DNA of 64,000 nt. Origin: Eledone cirrhosa. Its lineage: Eukaryota. The notes beneath the pieces are model-generated. The model had not been told where the DNA came from and did not search any database. It was given only the letters and a program-made list of their open reading frames with translations. The stretch lies in the NCBI GenBank assembly GCA_964016885.1, contig OZ024747.1:59954001-60018000 (forward strand), read 5' to 3'. Position numbers and translations under genes: made by a program. This document shows positions 13,661-27,173 of this stretch, piece by piece; position 1 is the stretch's first letter, and each line of letters opens with the position of its first letter.

Positions 13661-16600
13661 TTGTCACTGAAGTTGTTATTGTTGTTGTTATAATTGTTGG
13701 TGATGTTGTCACTGAAGTTGTTATTGTTGTTGATGTAGTTATCATTGTTGGTGATGTTGTCACTGAAGTTGTTGTTGTTGTTGATGTAGTTATCATTGTA
13801 GGTGATGTTGTCACTGAAGTTGTTGTTGTTGTTGATGTAGTTATCATTGTAGGTGATGTTGTCACTGAAGTTGTTGTTGTTGTTGATGTAGTTATCATTG
13901 TTGGTGATGTTGTCACTGAAGTTGTTGTTGTTGTTGATGTAGTTATCATTGTAGGTGATGTTGTCACTGAAGTTGTTGTTGTTGTTGATGTAGTTATCAT
14001 TGTTGGTGATGTTGTCACTGAAGTTGTTGTTGTTGTTGATGTAGTTATCATTGTTGGTGATGTTGTCACTGAAGTTGTTGTTGTTGATGTAGTTATCATT
14101 GTAGGTGATGTTGTCACTGAAGTTGTTGTTGTTGTTGATGTAGTTATCATTGTTGGTGATGTTGTCACTGAAGTTGTTGTTGTTGTTGATGTAGTTATCA
14201 TTGTTGGTGATGTTGTCACTGAAGTTGTTGTTGTTGATGTAGTTATCATTGTTGGTGATGTTGTCACTGAAGTTGTTGTTGTTGTTGATGTAGTTATCAT
14301 TGTAGGTGATGTTGTCATTGAAGTTGTTGTTGTTGTTGATGTAGTTATCATTGTTCGTGATGTTGTCACTGAAGTTGTTGTTGTTGTTGATGTAGTTATC
14401 ATTGTTGGTGATGTTGTCACTGAAGTTGTTGTTGTTGTTGATGTAGTTATCATTGTTGGTGATGTTGTCACTGAAGTTGTTGTTGTTGTTGATGTAGTTA
14501 TCATTGTTGGTGATGTTGTCACTGAAGTTGTTGTTGTTGTTGATGTAGTTATCATTGTAGGTGATGTTGTCATTGAAGTTGTTGTTGTTGTTGATGTAGT
14601 TATCATTGTTCGTGATGTTGTCACTGAAGTTGTTGTTGTTGTTGATGTAGTTATCATTGTTGGTGATGTTGTCACTGAAGTTGTTGTTGTTGTTGATGTA
14701 GTTATCATTGTTGGTGATGTTGTCACTGAAGTTGTTGTTGTTGTTGTTGTAGTTATCATTGTTGGTGATGTTGTCACTGAAGTTGTTGTTGTTGTTGATG
14801 TAGTTATCATTGTAGGTGATGTTGTCACTGAAGTTGTTGTTGTTGTTGATGTAGTTATCATTGTAGGTGATGTTGTCACTGAAGTTGTTGTTGTTGTTGA
14901 TGTAGTTATCATTGTTGGTGATGTTGTCACTGAAGTTGTTGTTGTTGTTGATGTAGTTATCATTGTAGGTGATGTTGTCATTGAAGTTGTTGTTGTTGTT
15001 GATGTAGTTATCATTGTTGGTGATGTTGTCACTGAAGTTGTTGTTGTTGTTGATGTAGTTATCATTGTTGGTGATGTTGTCATTGAAGTTGTTGTTGTTG
15101 TTGATGTAGTTATCATTGTTGGTGATGTTGTCACTGAAGTTGTTGTTGTTGTTGATGTAGTTATCATTGTAGGTGATGTTGTCACTGAAGTTGTTGTTGT
15201 TGATGTAGTTATCATTGTTGGTGATGTTGTCACTGAAGTTGTTGTTGTTGTTGATGTAGTTATCATTGTTGGTGATGTTGTCACTGAAGTTGTTGTTGTT
15301 GTTGATGTAGTTATCATTGTAGGTGATGTTGTCACTGAAGTTGTTGTTGTTGATGTAGTTATCATTGTTGGTGATGTTGTCACTGAAGTTGTTGTTGTTG
15401 ATGTAGTTATCATTGTTGGTGATGTTGTCACTGAAGTTGTTGTTGTTGATGTAGTTATCATTGTTGGTGATGTCACTGAAGTTGTTGTTGTTGTTGATGT
15501 AGTTATCATTGTTGGTGATGTTGTCACTGAAGTTGTTGTTGTTGATGTAGTTATCATTGTTGGTGATGTTGTCACTGAAGTTGTTGTTGTTGATGTAGTT
15601 ATCATTGTAGGTGATGTTGTCACTGAAGTTGTTGTTGTTGTTGATGTAGTTATCATTGTTGGTGATGTTGTCACTGAAGTTGTTGTTGTTGATGTAGTTA
15701 TCATTGTTGGTGATGTTGTCACTGAAGTTGTTGTTGTTGATGTAGTTATCATTGTAGGTGATGTTGTCACTGAAGTTGTTGTTGTTGTTGATGTAGTTAT
15801 CATTGTAGGTGATGTTGTCACTGAAGTTGTTGTTGTTGATGTAGTTATCATTGTTGGTGATGTTGTCACTGAAGTTGTTGTTGTTGTTGATGTAGTTATC
15901 ATTGTTGGTGATGTTGTCACTGAAGTTGTTGTTGTTGATGTAGTTATCATTGTAGGTGATGTTGTCACTGAAGTTGTTGTTGTTGTTGATGTAGTTATCA
16001 TTGTTGGTGATGTTGTCACTGAAGTTGTTGTTGTTGTTGATGTAGTTATCATTGTTGGTGATGTTGTCACTGAAGTTGTTGTTGTTGATGTAGTTATCAT
16101 TGTTGGTGATGTTGTCACTGAAGTTGTTGTTGTTGTTGATGTAGTTATCATTGTAGGTGATGTTGTCACTGAAGTTGTTGTTGTTGATGTAGTTATCATT
16201 GTAGGTGATGTTGTCACTGAAGTTGTTGTTGTTGTTGATGTAGTTATCATTGTTGGTGATGTTGTCACTGAAGTTGTTGTTGTTGTTGATGTAGTTATCA
16301 TTGTTGGTGATGTTGTCACTGAAGTTGTTGTTGTTGATGTAGTTATCATTGTTGGTGATGTTGTCACTGAAGTTGTTGTTGTTGTTGATGTAGTTATCAT
16401 TGTAGGTGATGTTGTCACTGAAGTTGTTGTTGTTGATGTAGTTATCATTGTAGGTGATGTTGTCACTGAAGTTGTTGTTGTTGTTGATGTAGTTATCATT
16501 GTTGGTGATGTTGTCACTGAAGTTGTTGTTGTTGTTGATGTAGTTATCATTGTTGGTGATGTTGTCACTGAAGTTGTTGTTGTTGATGTAGTTATCATTG

Positions 16601-18425
16601 TTGGTGATGTTGTCACTGAAGTTGTTGTTGTTGTTGATGTAGTTATCATTGTAGGTGATGTTGTCACTGAAGTTGTTGTTGTTGATGTAGTTATCATTGT
16701 AGGTGATGTTGTCACTGAAGTTGTTGTTGTTGTTGATGTAGTTATCATTGTTGGTGATGTTGTCACTGAAGTTGTTGTTGTTGTTGATGTAGTTATCATT
16801 GTTGGTGATGTTGTCACTGAAGTTGTTGTTGTTGATGTAGTTATCATTGTTGGTGATGTTGTCACTGAAGTTGTTGTTGTTGTTGATGTAGTTATCATTG
16901 TAGGTGATGTTGTCACTGAAGTTGTTGTTGTTGATGTAGTTATCATTGTAGGTGATGTTGTCACTGAAGTTGTTGTTGATGTAGTTATCATTGTAGGTGA
17001 TGTTGTCACTGAAGTTGTTGTTGTTGTTGATGTAGTTATCATTGTTGGTGATGTTGTCACTGAAGTTGTTGTTGTTGATGTAGTTATCATTGTAGGTGAT
17101 GTTGTCACTGAAGTTGTTGTTGTTGATGTAGTTATCATTGTTGGTGATGTTGTCACTGAAGTTGTTGTTGTTGATGTAGTTATCATTGTTGGTGATGTTG
17201 TCACTGAAGTTGTTGTTGTTGTTGTAGTTATCATTGTAGGTGATGTTGTCACTGAAGTTGTTATTGTTGATGATGTAGTTATCATTGTAGGTGATGTTGT
17301 CACTGAAGTTGTTGTTGTTGTTGTAGTTATCATTGTTGGTGATGTTGTCACTGAAGTTGTTGTTGTTGTTGATGTAGTTATCATTGTAGGTGATGTTGTC
17401 ACTGAAGTTATTGTTGTTGTTGATGTAGTTATCATTGTAGGTGATGTTGTCACTGAAGTTGTTGTTGATGTAGTTATCATTGTAGGTGATGTTGTCACTG
17501 AAGTTGTTGTTGTTGATGTAGTTATCATTGTAGGTGATGTTGTCACTGAAGTTGTTGTTGTTGTTGATGTAGTTATCATTGTAGGTGATGTTGTCACTGA
17601 AGTTGTTGTTGTTGTTGTTGTAGTTATCATTGTAGGTGATGTTGTCACTGAAGTTGTTGTTGTTGATGTAGTTATCATTGTAGGTGATGTTGTCACTGAA
17701 GTTGTTGTTGTTGTTGATGTAGTTATCATTGTAGGTGATGTTGTCACTGAAGTTGTTGTTGTTGTTGTAGTTATCATTGTAGGTGATGTTGTCACTGAAG
17801 TTGTTGTTGTTGTTGTAGTTATTGTAGGTGATGTTGTCACTGAAGTTGTTGTTGTTGTTGATGTAGTTATCATTGTAGGTGATGTTGTCACTGAAGTTGT
17901 TGTTGTTGTTGATGTAGTTATCATTGTAGGTGATGTTGTCACTGAAGTTATTGTTGTTGTTGATGTAGTTATCATTGTAGGTGATGTTGTCACTGAAGTT
18001 GTTGTTGTTGTTGATGTAGTTATCATTGTAGGTGATGTTGTCACTGAAGTTGTTGTTGTTGATGTAGTTATCATTGTTGGTGATGTTGTCACTGAAGTTG
18101 TTGTTGTTGTTGTAGTTATCATTGTAGGTGATGTTGTCACTGAAGTTGTTGTTGTTGATGTAGTTATCATTGTAGGTGATGTTGTCACTGAAGTTGTTGT
18201 TGTTGTTGATGTAGTTATCATTGTAGGTGATGTTGTCACTGAAGTTGTTGTTGTTGATGTAGTTATCATTGTTGGTGATGTTGTTTTCCTTATTGTTGTC
18301 ACTGAAGTTGTTGTTGTTGCTGTTTTCATTATTGTTGTCACTGAAGTTGTTGTTGTTGTTGATGTAGTTATCATTGTAGGTGATGTTGTTTTCCTTATTG
18401 TTGTCACTAAAGATGTTGTTGTTGC
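13655..18425. repeat. 48/51-bp GTT-based minisatellite, about 95 units, 4.8 kb
   Basis: Unit GGTGATGTTGTCACTGAA(GTT)4-5GATGTAGTTATCATTGTW; indels are all multiples of 3. Confidence 0.98.
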
Positions 18426-18601
18426 TGTGGTTAAATTAGAGTTAATTTCAATTAAAAATGGATACTTTTGTTCGAACATGAACAGAAAATATTATAAGAG
18501 ACTAACAAATAGTTTGGTTCAAAAATATTCCTTCACAAATTCATCAAACTTTATGAATGAGGTCTAAGATTTTATTATATGTGTGTGTGCATAGATATGT
18601 G

Positions 18602-18639
<38 letters not shown>

Positions 18640-18801
18640 AAAATGTATGTACATATACATGTATATATATGTATATATATATATAAAAATGTACGTACAT
18701 ATACATGTATGTATATATACATGTATGTACATATACATGAATGTATGTATACATGTATCTACTTATATATGTATGCGTATATATGTATGTAAATATGTAT
18801 A

Positions 18802-18839
<38 letters not shown>

Positions 18840-19206
18840 CTTTCAGTTAATGTCAGACATTGAAATTTAATGTTTTTATATTATTTTAAATAATTATTTT
18901 AGACAATTTTTTTTCACTAACAAGATTTTTGACATTTTATGAAATAAAATCTTCCTTTTCAAGTTTTGAATACTTACATGTATGCTCACATACCCACACA
19001 CACACACACACATACACACATATATGAGGGGGGGGAGAGGGGTGTGAACAAGGGTTAAGATAGCCAGAAAAGCAGAAATATATATATACACACATATATA
19101 TATATATATATGTATAAGCAAAGAGTTATTTAATTTGTTGGTTATTCAACAAATTTATTTTAACAGATTCAAAGCACTCTACAAATTTCTTCTGGAGTAT
19201 AATATC

Positions 19207-19451
19207 AATAATATTAATAAATGGAAACTATCTTTATAAAACAATATTTATTTTATTATATATATCAAGGGTACCAAAATTTTGGCACACTATCATCAGA
19301 TAAAATACAAAAGCTGTTTTACAGATAGTGACATATCCAAAAACAAGAACTTATCGTTTTAAGTTCTGTGCGTGCCAAAATTTTGGTACCCTTGAAATAT
19401 ATATAATAAAATAAATATGGTTTTATAAAGAGTTTCCATTTATTAATATTA

Positions 19452-19452
<1 letters not shown>
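19207..19452. mobile_element. Inverted-repeat element (about 84-bp arms), Penelope-pLTR-like
   Basis: ATATTAATAAATGGAAACT..CAAGGGTACCAAAATTTTGGCAC and its reverse complement; TCATCAG (minus CUGAUGA) follows the left arm; ends in (TA)n. Confidence 0.6.
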
Positions 19453-19500
<48 letters not shown>

Positions 19501-19991
19501 GTGCATATACACACATAAATATACAAAAATATGTTGTAAAATTCTGTCAGGCCATTGTAGCATAGTGGTCTATGCAGTTGTCTCATCTGCAGCAGATGTG
19601 AGGTTTGATTACCACATATGGTTCCATCACATTTTTTTCTCATGTTTTGCATGTATAAAATTGAATCGTTTCAGTTTATACATACAAAGTTTGTGATCGA
19701 TAACCAATTACATAGATCGATTTTAAATTACATTCTACAGTTAACAAAATAGCACTATAGGGTCATTTTTGATTCCACCTTGAGTACATATTCTTCTCTG
19801 TAATATGTATTTAGTATATATATATATATATACAATACACCATGTTTTCTTTGGATATATGGTTCTTTGTCTCTCTCTATATATATTCTACTTTTGACTT
19901 ATTATTGCTCAGGATAATGTCTATTGAGCTTTTTTATTGAGAAGCACATAATTGTAACATATTTAATATGTTATATTTGTATATATATATA

Positions 19992-20312
19992 TCATCATCA
20001 TCATTTTACATCCGCTTTTCCCTGCTTGCAAGGGTGGGAGGGACAGGAACTGATTCTGGCTCGATTTCTACAGCTGGATGCCCTTCCTAACACCAACCTC
20101 ATTTACAGTGAGTGGTGGGTGCTTTTTTCTGTGGCGCCTACACGTTCACTTTACAGTGGAATGATATGGACCCAGTCCCTATCATCTCATTTCTACAGCT
20201 GAGTAAACTGGAGCAATGTGAAATAAAGTGTCTTGCTCAAGGAAAAAACACATCACCCGGTCTGAGAATTGAACTCACAACCTTTCGATTGCAAGGCCAA
20301 TGCTCTAACCAC
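19992..20312 (-). mobile_element. CORE-type tRNA SINE family B with RTE-like tail
   Basis: Minus strand: AGTGGTTAGAGCA..GAGTTCAATTC..TCCTTGAGCAAGACACTT..GAAAAGCGGA.GTAAAATGATG. Confidence 0.85.
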
Positions 20313-20321
20313 TATATATAT

Positions 20322-21670
20322 ATTATCATTTTTACGTCCGTTTTCCCCAACTTGGAAGGATTGGATGGGACCTTTTCAGCATAGCATCTGTCCACTTGCC
20401 GTGTTCCATCGTCATCTTCTCTGTGAGTCTCTGCAGCTTCAGATCAGCTTTCATCACCTCTGCTGAGGTCTTCCGTAATCTACCCCTACTACAGCTTTTT
20501 TTCACTGGGATTTCCTGGCACTTCTTCACTCAGTGATCATCATCCATGTGCCTCACATATCTGTACCAATGCTGTCTTCTCTCTTGCACACCACATTGGA
20601 TTCCTCTTAAACCCAGTTTCTCCCCCAGTTCATCCAAGCTCTACCTTTCTCTCCAGCCTATGCATCTCCTCTGCAGGCACTACCCATTTTTCTCTACTAT
20701 GCAGTATCACACTTCGTACACAGGCATCATACAGTCGTCCTTTTGTACATATGGAGAAACCTTTTGTTTTCAACAGTGTGAGTAGCCCCCTAAACTGCTA
20801 TTCTATCCTTATTCTAGCTATTATGATCTCAGAAAACTCTCCTCTGTTGCTAACTAAGTCACCTAAATAGTAGAAGCTATCAACCACTTTTATGGATCCT
20901 TCATGTGATTGGAAAATGTCTATATCACTGACATTCTTCACTTTAGTTTCCCCTGTGCATCTCTTACATACAAAGTCTTCACTTCCTGATATCCCACTAT
21001 GTCTCTTCTGTATCTAAGATTTACATTGTGTACATTGTATAGAGTTCATGCCTACCCCTTTCTACATATCTAGCAGAGCCACTCTACTAAGAGAATCAGG
21101 ATCCTTTCTTCTTTCCTACTTTGTAGTGCACCTGAGCTGTACACCTGAGCTTGTTGTACACCTGAGCTTGTAGTGCACCTGAGCAATGTACACAATAATT
21201 TTCATTATTTTTTAATGGCAGTAGATTGGCAGAATTGGTAGAGTGTTGGACATCATGCTTCACAGCATAGTTATGTCCCTTTACATTCTGAGTTCAAATG
21301 TTGCAGAGGTTAGCTTTGCCTTTCATCTTTACGGGGTCGATAAAACAAAGTACCAGTAATACACTGGGGTCGATTTAATCAACTTTCCCCTCCCCTTCAA
21401 ATTACTGACCTTGAAGAAAAAATTATTTTTCATTATTACAGTATCGGTAGAGGGTCGGACGCCATGCTTTCCAGCATAGTTACGTCCCTTTACGATCTGA
21501 GTTCAAATCCCGCCGAGGTTGACTTTGCCTTTCATCCTTACGGGATCGATAAAATAAAGTACCAGTAATGCACTGGGTTATTGCTGGCCTTGTGCCTAAA
21601 GTAGAAACAATTATTACTAGCACTTTAGTTTTGGCTAAGTTTACTCTCAGACCTTTTGATTCCAAATCTC
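20322..21670 (-). mobile_element. Decayed RTE LINE interrupted at 21123-21615 by a repeat and two SINE A copies
   Basis: LESKGLRVNLAKTKVLV at 21616-21668 continues below 21120; 3' RTE motifs (MKKCQEIPV..GRLRKT). Confidence 0.85.
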
Positions 21671-21887
21671 TAGATAGATAGATAGGCAACCCAAATTGTG
21701 CTGTACAATATTTTGCTACTTTTTAGCCATTCTTTGCTAGATTCTGAGTTGCTCCTTTTGTATATATCTTTACCCAGTAACTCTGACACTCTTTTAGTTC
21801 TTATTTCCATTTGACTAACATCTTCCTCCTTCATTATTGCAATACACTCACTCTGTCATTACCAATTCTTCCACTGTTGGTGATTGT

Positions 21888-21919
<32 letters not shown>

Positions 21920-22589
21920 ATAATCTATCTTTCACTCCTACACAGCTCTGCTTTATAATGTTTCTCTCTCTCCCTCTCTATCTCTCCCCCTCATCCCTTT
22001 CTCTGCAATATAATGTTATCTTACCCTCTGAAGTCACTCATTCAACTGGCAACCTACAGCAGTGGTGTTAATCCCTTAGACTGGCGCAAATACTATCCAA
22101 TGTTTTCTCATGCTCTTAATAAATGTGATTTATTGTAGAAAAGAATACATTCTTATTAATTCACTTGGTCATTCTTATAACAATAATCTGATTGATATGA
22201 CATTTACTGAAGTCAATGCAATTCATTATACACGTAGATGATAATATTAAAGTAGTGCTTCTCTTTGTTCAGTAATTGCCACTTCATTTCTTACCTTTTT
22301 TTTGCTTTCTCTGTGTCTTTCTATTTTGGTGTCATCTTTTTTATCTTTCTATGTTGTTTTTTTTTTTCATTAGCTTCCATATTCTGTTGATTGATTATTG
22401 TGTTTCAGTTGTTGTTGCTGTTATGGCTCCCATCCCATGAGGTGGTATCTCATAGGAGGTTTCTTCAGTGTTTTAACTCTTTTGATATGAAATGAAACTA
22501 ACCCCTGGTTCAAAAATACAAGGCTGTTTTTTTTTTAAAAGTTTATATTCATTTATAAAAACTCGCATCATAATTTTATGTATTCACCT

Positions 22590-22815
22590 TTAAAAATTTT
22601 GCACTCAAACCTGCTATATCCAGCCAGAATTCTCTCACCTCTCTCTGTTCAAGGCAGCTGTAACTGGCTGCTCATACTGATGTTAAGGTATTGTTATCAA
22701 AATGAATAATATTAAATTCTCATAGATTCGATATTATGTGAGATAATTATGTGATGTAAAGCCTTTACTGTGAAAATGGAATAGTAAATATAGATTAATG
22801 TAAACACTAAAGGGC
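22590..22815 (-). mobile_element. piggyBac-type MITE copy
   Basis: Reverse-complement homology to 9931-10146. Confidence 0.65.
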
Positions 22816-23199
22816 TCAGTTATGCTCCAAACACCAGCTTAATAACGAGAAAGTTAGTTATATTATTAAATTTCTTCAAATTATTTTCAAATTTATTTGA
22901 AAATCATAGACAGTATATTTTATTTGGAAAGTTTAATGATATGGTTCCTGGTCTGAATATTTTCACCATTTTCTCAACAGGAGGCAGAAATTGAACTTAA
23001 AATACACAAAGCCAAAACAAACACCACAAGGCATGCTTTTATATTTTCTCTACTCCCTTGAACCCAACTGGTTCTTTATTTGGCAACCCTTAAATGGTGA
23101 AAGATAAAGTTAACCAGAACAGAATTTTAATTCAGGGAGTTGGAACAAATACTGCAAAATGTTTAATCTGACACTCTAATCATCATCATAATCATCATT

Positions 23200-23690
23200 A
23201 TTGTTTTGTGTCTGTCTTCCATACTGGAATGACTATGACACATCATCATGTTCTAAGACTAGACAGGTCAAATGACTGTGCCTTGCTCATACTTTTGATT
23301 CTGTCATGGTATCTACAACTGGATGCCTTACTTAATGCCAACTGCTTTACAATGTGGATTGGGTGAATGTTATTGTTGTATCAGCACTATCACTTTACAG
23401 TGTGGATTGGGTACATTTTATTGTGGAATCAGTACTACCACTTTACAGTGTACACTGGATACATTTTATTGTGACACCAGCACTACCACTTTACAGTGTA
23501 CACTGGGTGAATTTTGTGACACCAGCACTGCCACTTTACAGTGTGGACTGGGTGCATTTTGTTGTAGCACCAGCACTACCACTTTACCGAATGGACTAGG
23601 TGCACTTCATTGTGGTACCAGCACTACCACTTTACTGAGTGGACTGGGTGCGTTTTTGTTGTGGCTCCAGCCAGTCTGTCTTTGACTTAA
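23200..23690 (-). mobile_element. RTE-tail SINE-like element with an internal 45-48-bp module amplified about 7 times
   Basis: CTACAACTGGATGCC followed by repeated CACTTTACAGTGTGGACTGGGT..GCACCAGCACTAC. Confidence 0.75.
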
Positions 23691-24069
23691 CTGAAGCCCC
23701 CTCATTACTCTGTGGTGAGAGGTGGAAGGAAAGTACTTTGTCCCAGGGAAGGTGTATTTAGGGAGTGAGATCAGATATGAGTAAATGAAATCATGTGTAT
23801 GACAATAGGTGTGGGGAGATAAGGAAGGATGACAAGTATGATGGGATTTGGCATAGTGAAATGAGGGACATGAAGTGATAGTGATAAAGGATAAAGTGTG
23901 TGGCAGGGAGTGGGGTACAGTGATGATGAGAATAGCAACTAAAGAACAATGACAAGTGTGGGCCTTAATGGTGTAAGGGATAGTGGAAGGGATGTCAGAT
24001 AGAATGGGAGGGTGGGGTGTAGAGTAAAGGTGATACGGAGTGAGAGTGATACAATGATTTAAACTCCAA

Positions 24070-24415
24070 AGGTTCTTTGGAGTAACTTTACTCGATAGAA
24101 TGCGTAGGTCAGAGATCAGAAAGTCACTGCAGTTAGAGCCGCTACTTCTCCAAATTGAGAGATCACAGCTCCGATACTTTGGGCATGTGGTTAGAATGTC
24201 TCAGGAAAAAATTACTGGACAGATTTTACGGGCAAAACCAACCAGCATGAAACCAGGGGTAGACCCTGAGCAAGATGGTTGGTTAACATCTATGAGCTTG
24301 GCTGGTTTCCCTTGGGAATCCAGCTGGATCAGTTGGAGACAGTTGCTTCTGATAGGATCTGCTGGAAGGAGTGTTTGAGGACTCTGCATCCATGACTCTC
24401 TCAGAAATAAGTGGG
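24070..24415 (+). mobile_element. Expander-like RTE LINE fragment
   Basis: RSEIRKSLQLEPLLLQIERSQLRYFGHVVRM. Confidence 0.85.
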
Positions 24416-25306
24416 TTATTGGCAGTATTGGTAAAGCATGAGACAGCATGCTTTGCAGCATGGAGTTTTGTCTCTTTACATTCTGAGTTCAAATCCTGCT
24501 ACGGTTAACTTTGCCTTTCATCCTTACGGGGTCGATTTAATTGACTTTCCCCTCCCCTAAAATTGATGGCCTTGTGCCTATATAAGAAGCCGTTATTATT
24601 ATTCACAGAAAGGGCGGTAAATTGGCAGTATCGGTAGAGGGTCGGACATGCTTTGCAGCATAGTTACGTCCCTTTACGATCTGAGTTCAAATCCTGCCGA
24701 GGTTAACTTTGCCTTTCATCCTTACGGGGTCGATAAAATAAAGTACCAGTAATGTACCAGTAATGTACTGGGTAATTACTAGCCTTGTGCCTAAAATAGA
24801 AACAATTATTATTCACAGAAAGGGTGGTATATTGGCAGTATCAGTAGAGTGTCGGACAATATGGGTTGTGGCATAAAGCTACAGTCCTTTACAGTCTGAG
24901 TTCAAATCTCGCCAAGGTTATCTTTGCCTTTCATCCTTACGCGGCCAATAAAACAATGCACCAGTAATGCACTGGGATTGATTTAATCAACTTTCCTCTC
25001 CCCTTCAATTTGTTGACTTTGTGCCTATAGTAGAAATCATTATAATAATAATAATAATGAAATTATTGTGTACAGTGCTCAAGTGCACTACAACTCATCA
25101 AAGGTGCATGTATAGTACATAGAATAATTGTTTCTACTTTTAGCACAAGGCCAGCAATTACCCAGTTCATTACTGGTACTTTATTTTATCGACCCGGTAA
25201 GGATGAAAGGCAAAGTTAACCTCAACGGGATTTGAACTCAGACCGTAAAGGGACGTAACTATGCTAGAAAGCATGGCGTCCAACCCTCTACCGATACTGC
25301 CAATTC
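24415..25306. mobile_element. Cluster of three head-to-tail plus-strand SINE A copies and one minus-strand copy (25123-25306)
   Basis: Repeated A/B boxes; duplicated TTATTATTCACAGAAAGGG. Confidence 0.88.
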
Positions 25307-25629
25307 ACAGAATAATGTTCAAATGTCAGGAAAATAAACATTATATTTAAACACAGAACCACACAGAGGACAGGTTCAAAATGCTACAATTTATTTAATC
25401 CACTACTGTAACGACTGATTCACTTATATTTCCTAACCAATTTTAAAGAGTTAATTGTTGAAACTAGTTTTATTGGCAGGAAGATAGATTTAAAACTATT
25501 GAAGAGAAAATAAATCAATGAAATATTTTGTTTTAATTTTTAAAAGTTTCACATAAATAACAACTATGTATTTATTATTTAACAAATATATTATATTGAC
25601 TTGCAAAATAACTTGATTTTTATTCTCTA

Positions 25630-25982
25630 CTATACTTACATACATTGGTACATACATACATATGTATGTGTGTATTTACATACATACATATTTGCATGCA
25701 TGTACATATACATACATGTTTATGAACATACATACATACTTACATACATACAAACATACAAATATACATACATACTTACATACATTTACATACAGACACA
25801 CACATGTATTTACATACACACATACATATTTGCATATATACATACATATTTACATTCATACATATGTACATACATACATACATACTTTCATACATATGCA
25901 CATATATATGTGTGTGGGTGTATATGGATTTATATGTGTATACATGTACATAAATGGGTATGCATGCATGTGTGTGTATGTA

Positions 25983-26024
<42 letters not shown>

Positions 26025-26060
26025 TGTGTGTGTATGTGTTTGTATGTACATACACATACA
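25630..26060. repeat. TACA/TA/TG microsatellite
   Basis: Direct inspection. Confidence 0.9.
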
Positions 26061-26510
26061 AGTTAATTACAGTACAGCTTGCCCTCTAATATATACAGTT
26101 ATCTGTATAAATCTTTCTCCCATTCTTGTGTAAAATTCCAGATTTTATGTGCTCACATATATATTTATGTAAAGTTTCTATGCATAATCTTTTATATAAT
26201 TTGCAGTATTTCTCTGTACAAGTTGTGTATTCTTAAAATACCATTGTATTAATTATATATTGAAATATATGTATTTGACTTTCTTGTTAAAATTCATCAT
26301 TTTATTATTACAGTTAATATTGAAAGAGAAATATATTTTTGACATTTTTATTTTACTTAAGCAGTAATAATAAGCTCATAACATTAGCAATAATAACAAC
26401 AACAACAATACTACTATGTAAAAATAGAAATATTAGCAATAGAATTAATTATAATATTGCTTATAAATATTTTAAAAATCAAAATAATAATGTTGATGAC
26501 GAAGATGAAG

Positions 26511-27173
26511 ATAATTGTTTTTACTTTAGGCACAAGGCCAGCAATTTGGGGGATAGAGAAAGTTGATTAAATCGACCTCAGGTTGTTACTGGTACTTTAC
26601 TTTATCGATGCTGTAAGGATGAAAGGGAGAGCTAACCTTGAAGGTTTAATAATTGTTTCTACTTATGGCACAAGGCCAGCAATTACCCAGTGCATTACTG
26701 GTACTTTATTTTAACGAAGTTTTAATAATAATAATGAATTCTACTTTAGGCACAAGGCCAGCAATTTTGGGAGAGGGAAAAGTCGATTAAATCAACCCCA
26801 GAGTGTTACTGGTACTTTATTTTATCGACCTCATAAGGATAAAAGGCAAAGTTAACCTCGGTAGAATTTGAACTCACTATGTAAAGGGCCGTAACCCTAT
26901 GCTGCAAAGCATGTTGTCCGACACTCTACCAATTCTGCTAATCCACCGCCCTTAATAATAATTTCTGATTTAGGCACAAGGCCAACAATTTGGGGGAGGG
27001 GAAAGTTGATTAAATTGACCCCAGTGCATTACTGGTACTTTATTTTATTGCCTTCGTCAGGATGAAAGGCAGAGCTACATCGGCGGGATTTGAACTCATA
27101 TCATAAAGGGCAATAACTCTATGCTGCAAAGCATGGCATCCGACCCTCTACTGATACTGCCAATCCACCACCC
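26511..27173 (-). mobile_element. Four tandem SINE A copies (two truncated, two full length)
   Basis: GGCACAAGGCCA occurs four times; separated by (AAT)n. Confidence 0.88.

Noticed and set aside
19538-19640. Two-hairpin region resembling an H/ACA or C/D snoRNA
   Set aside because: Boxes are imperfect or misplaced on both strands
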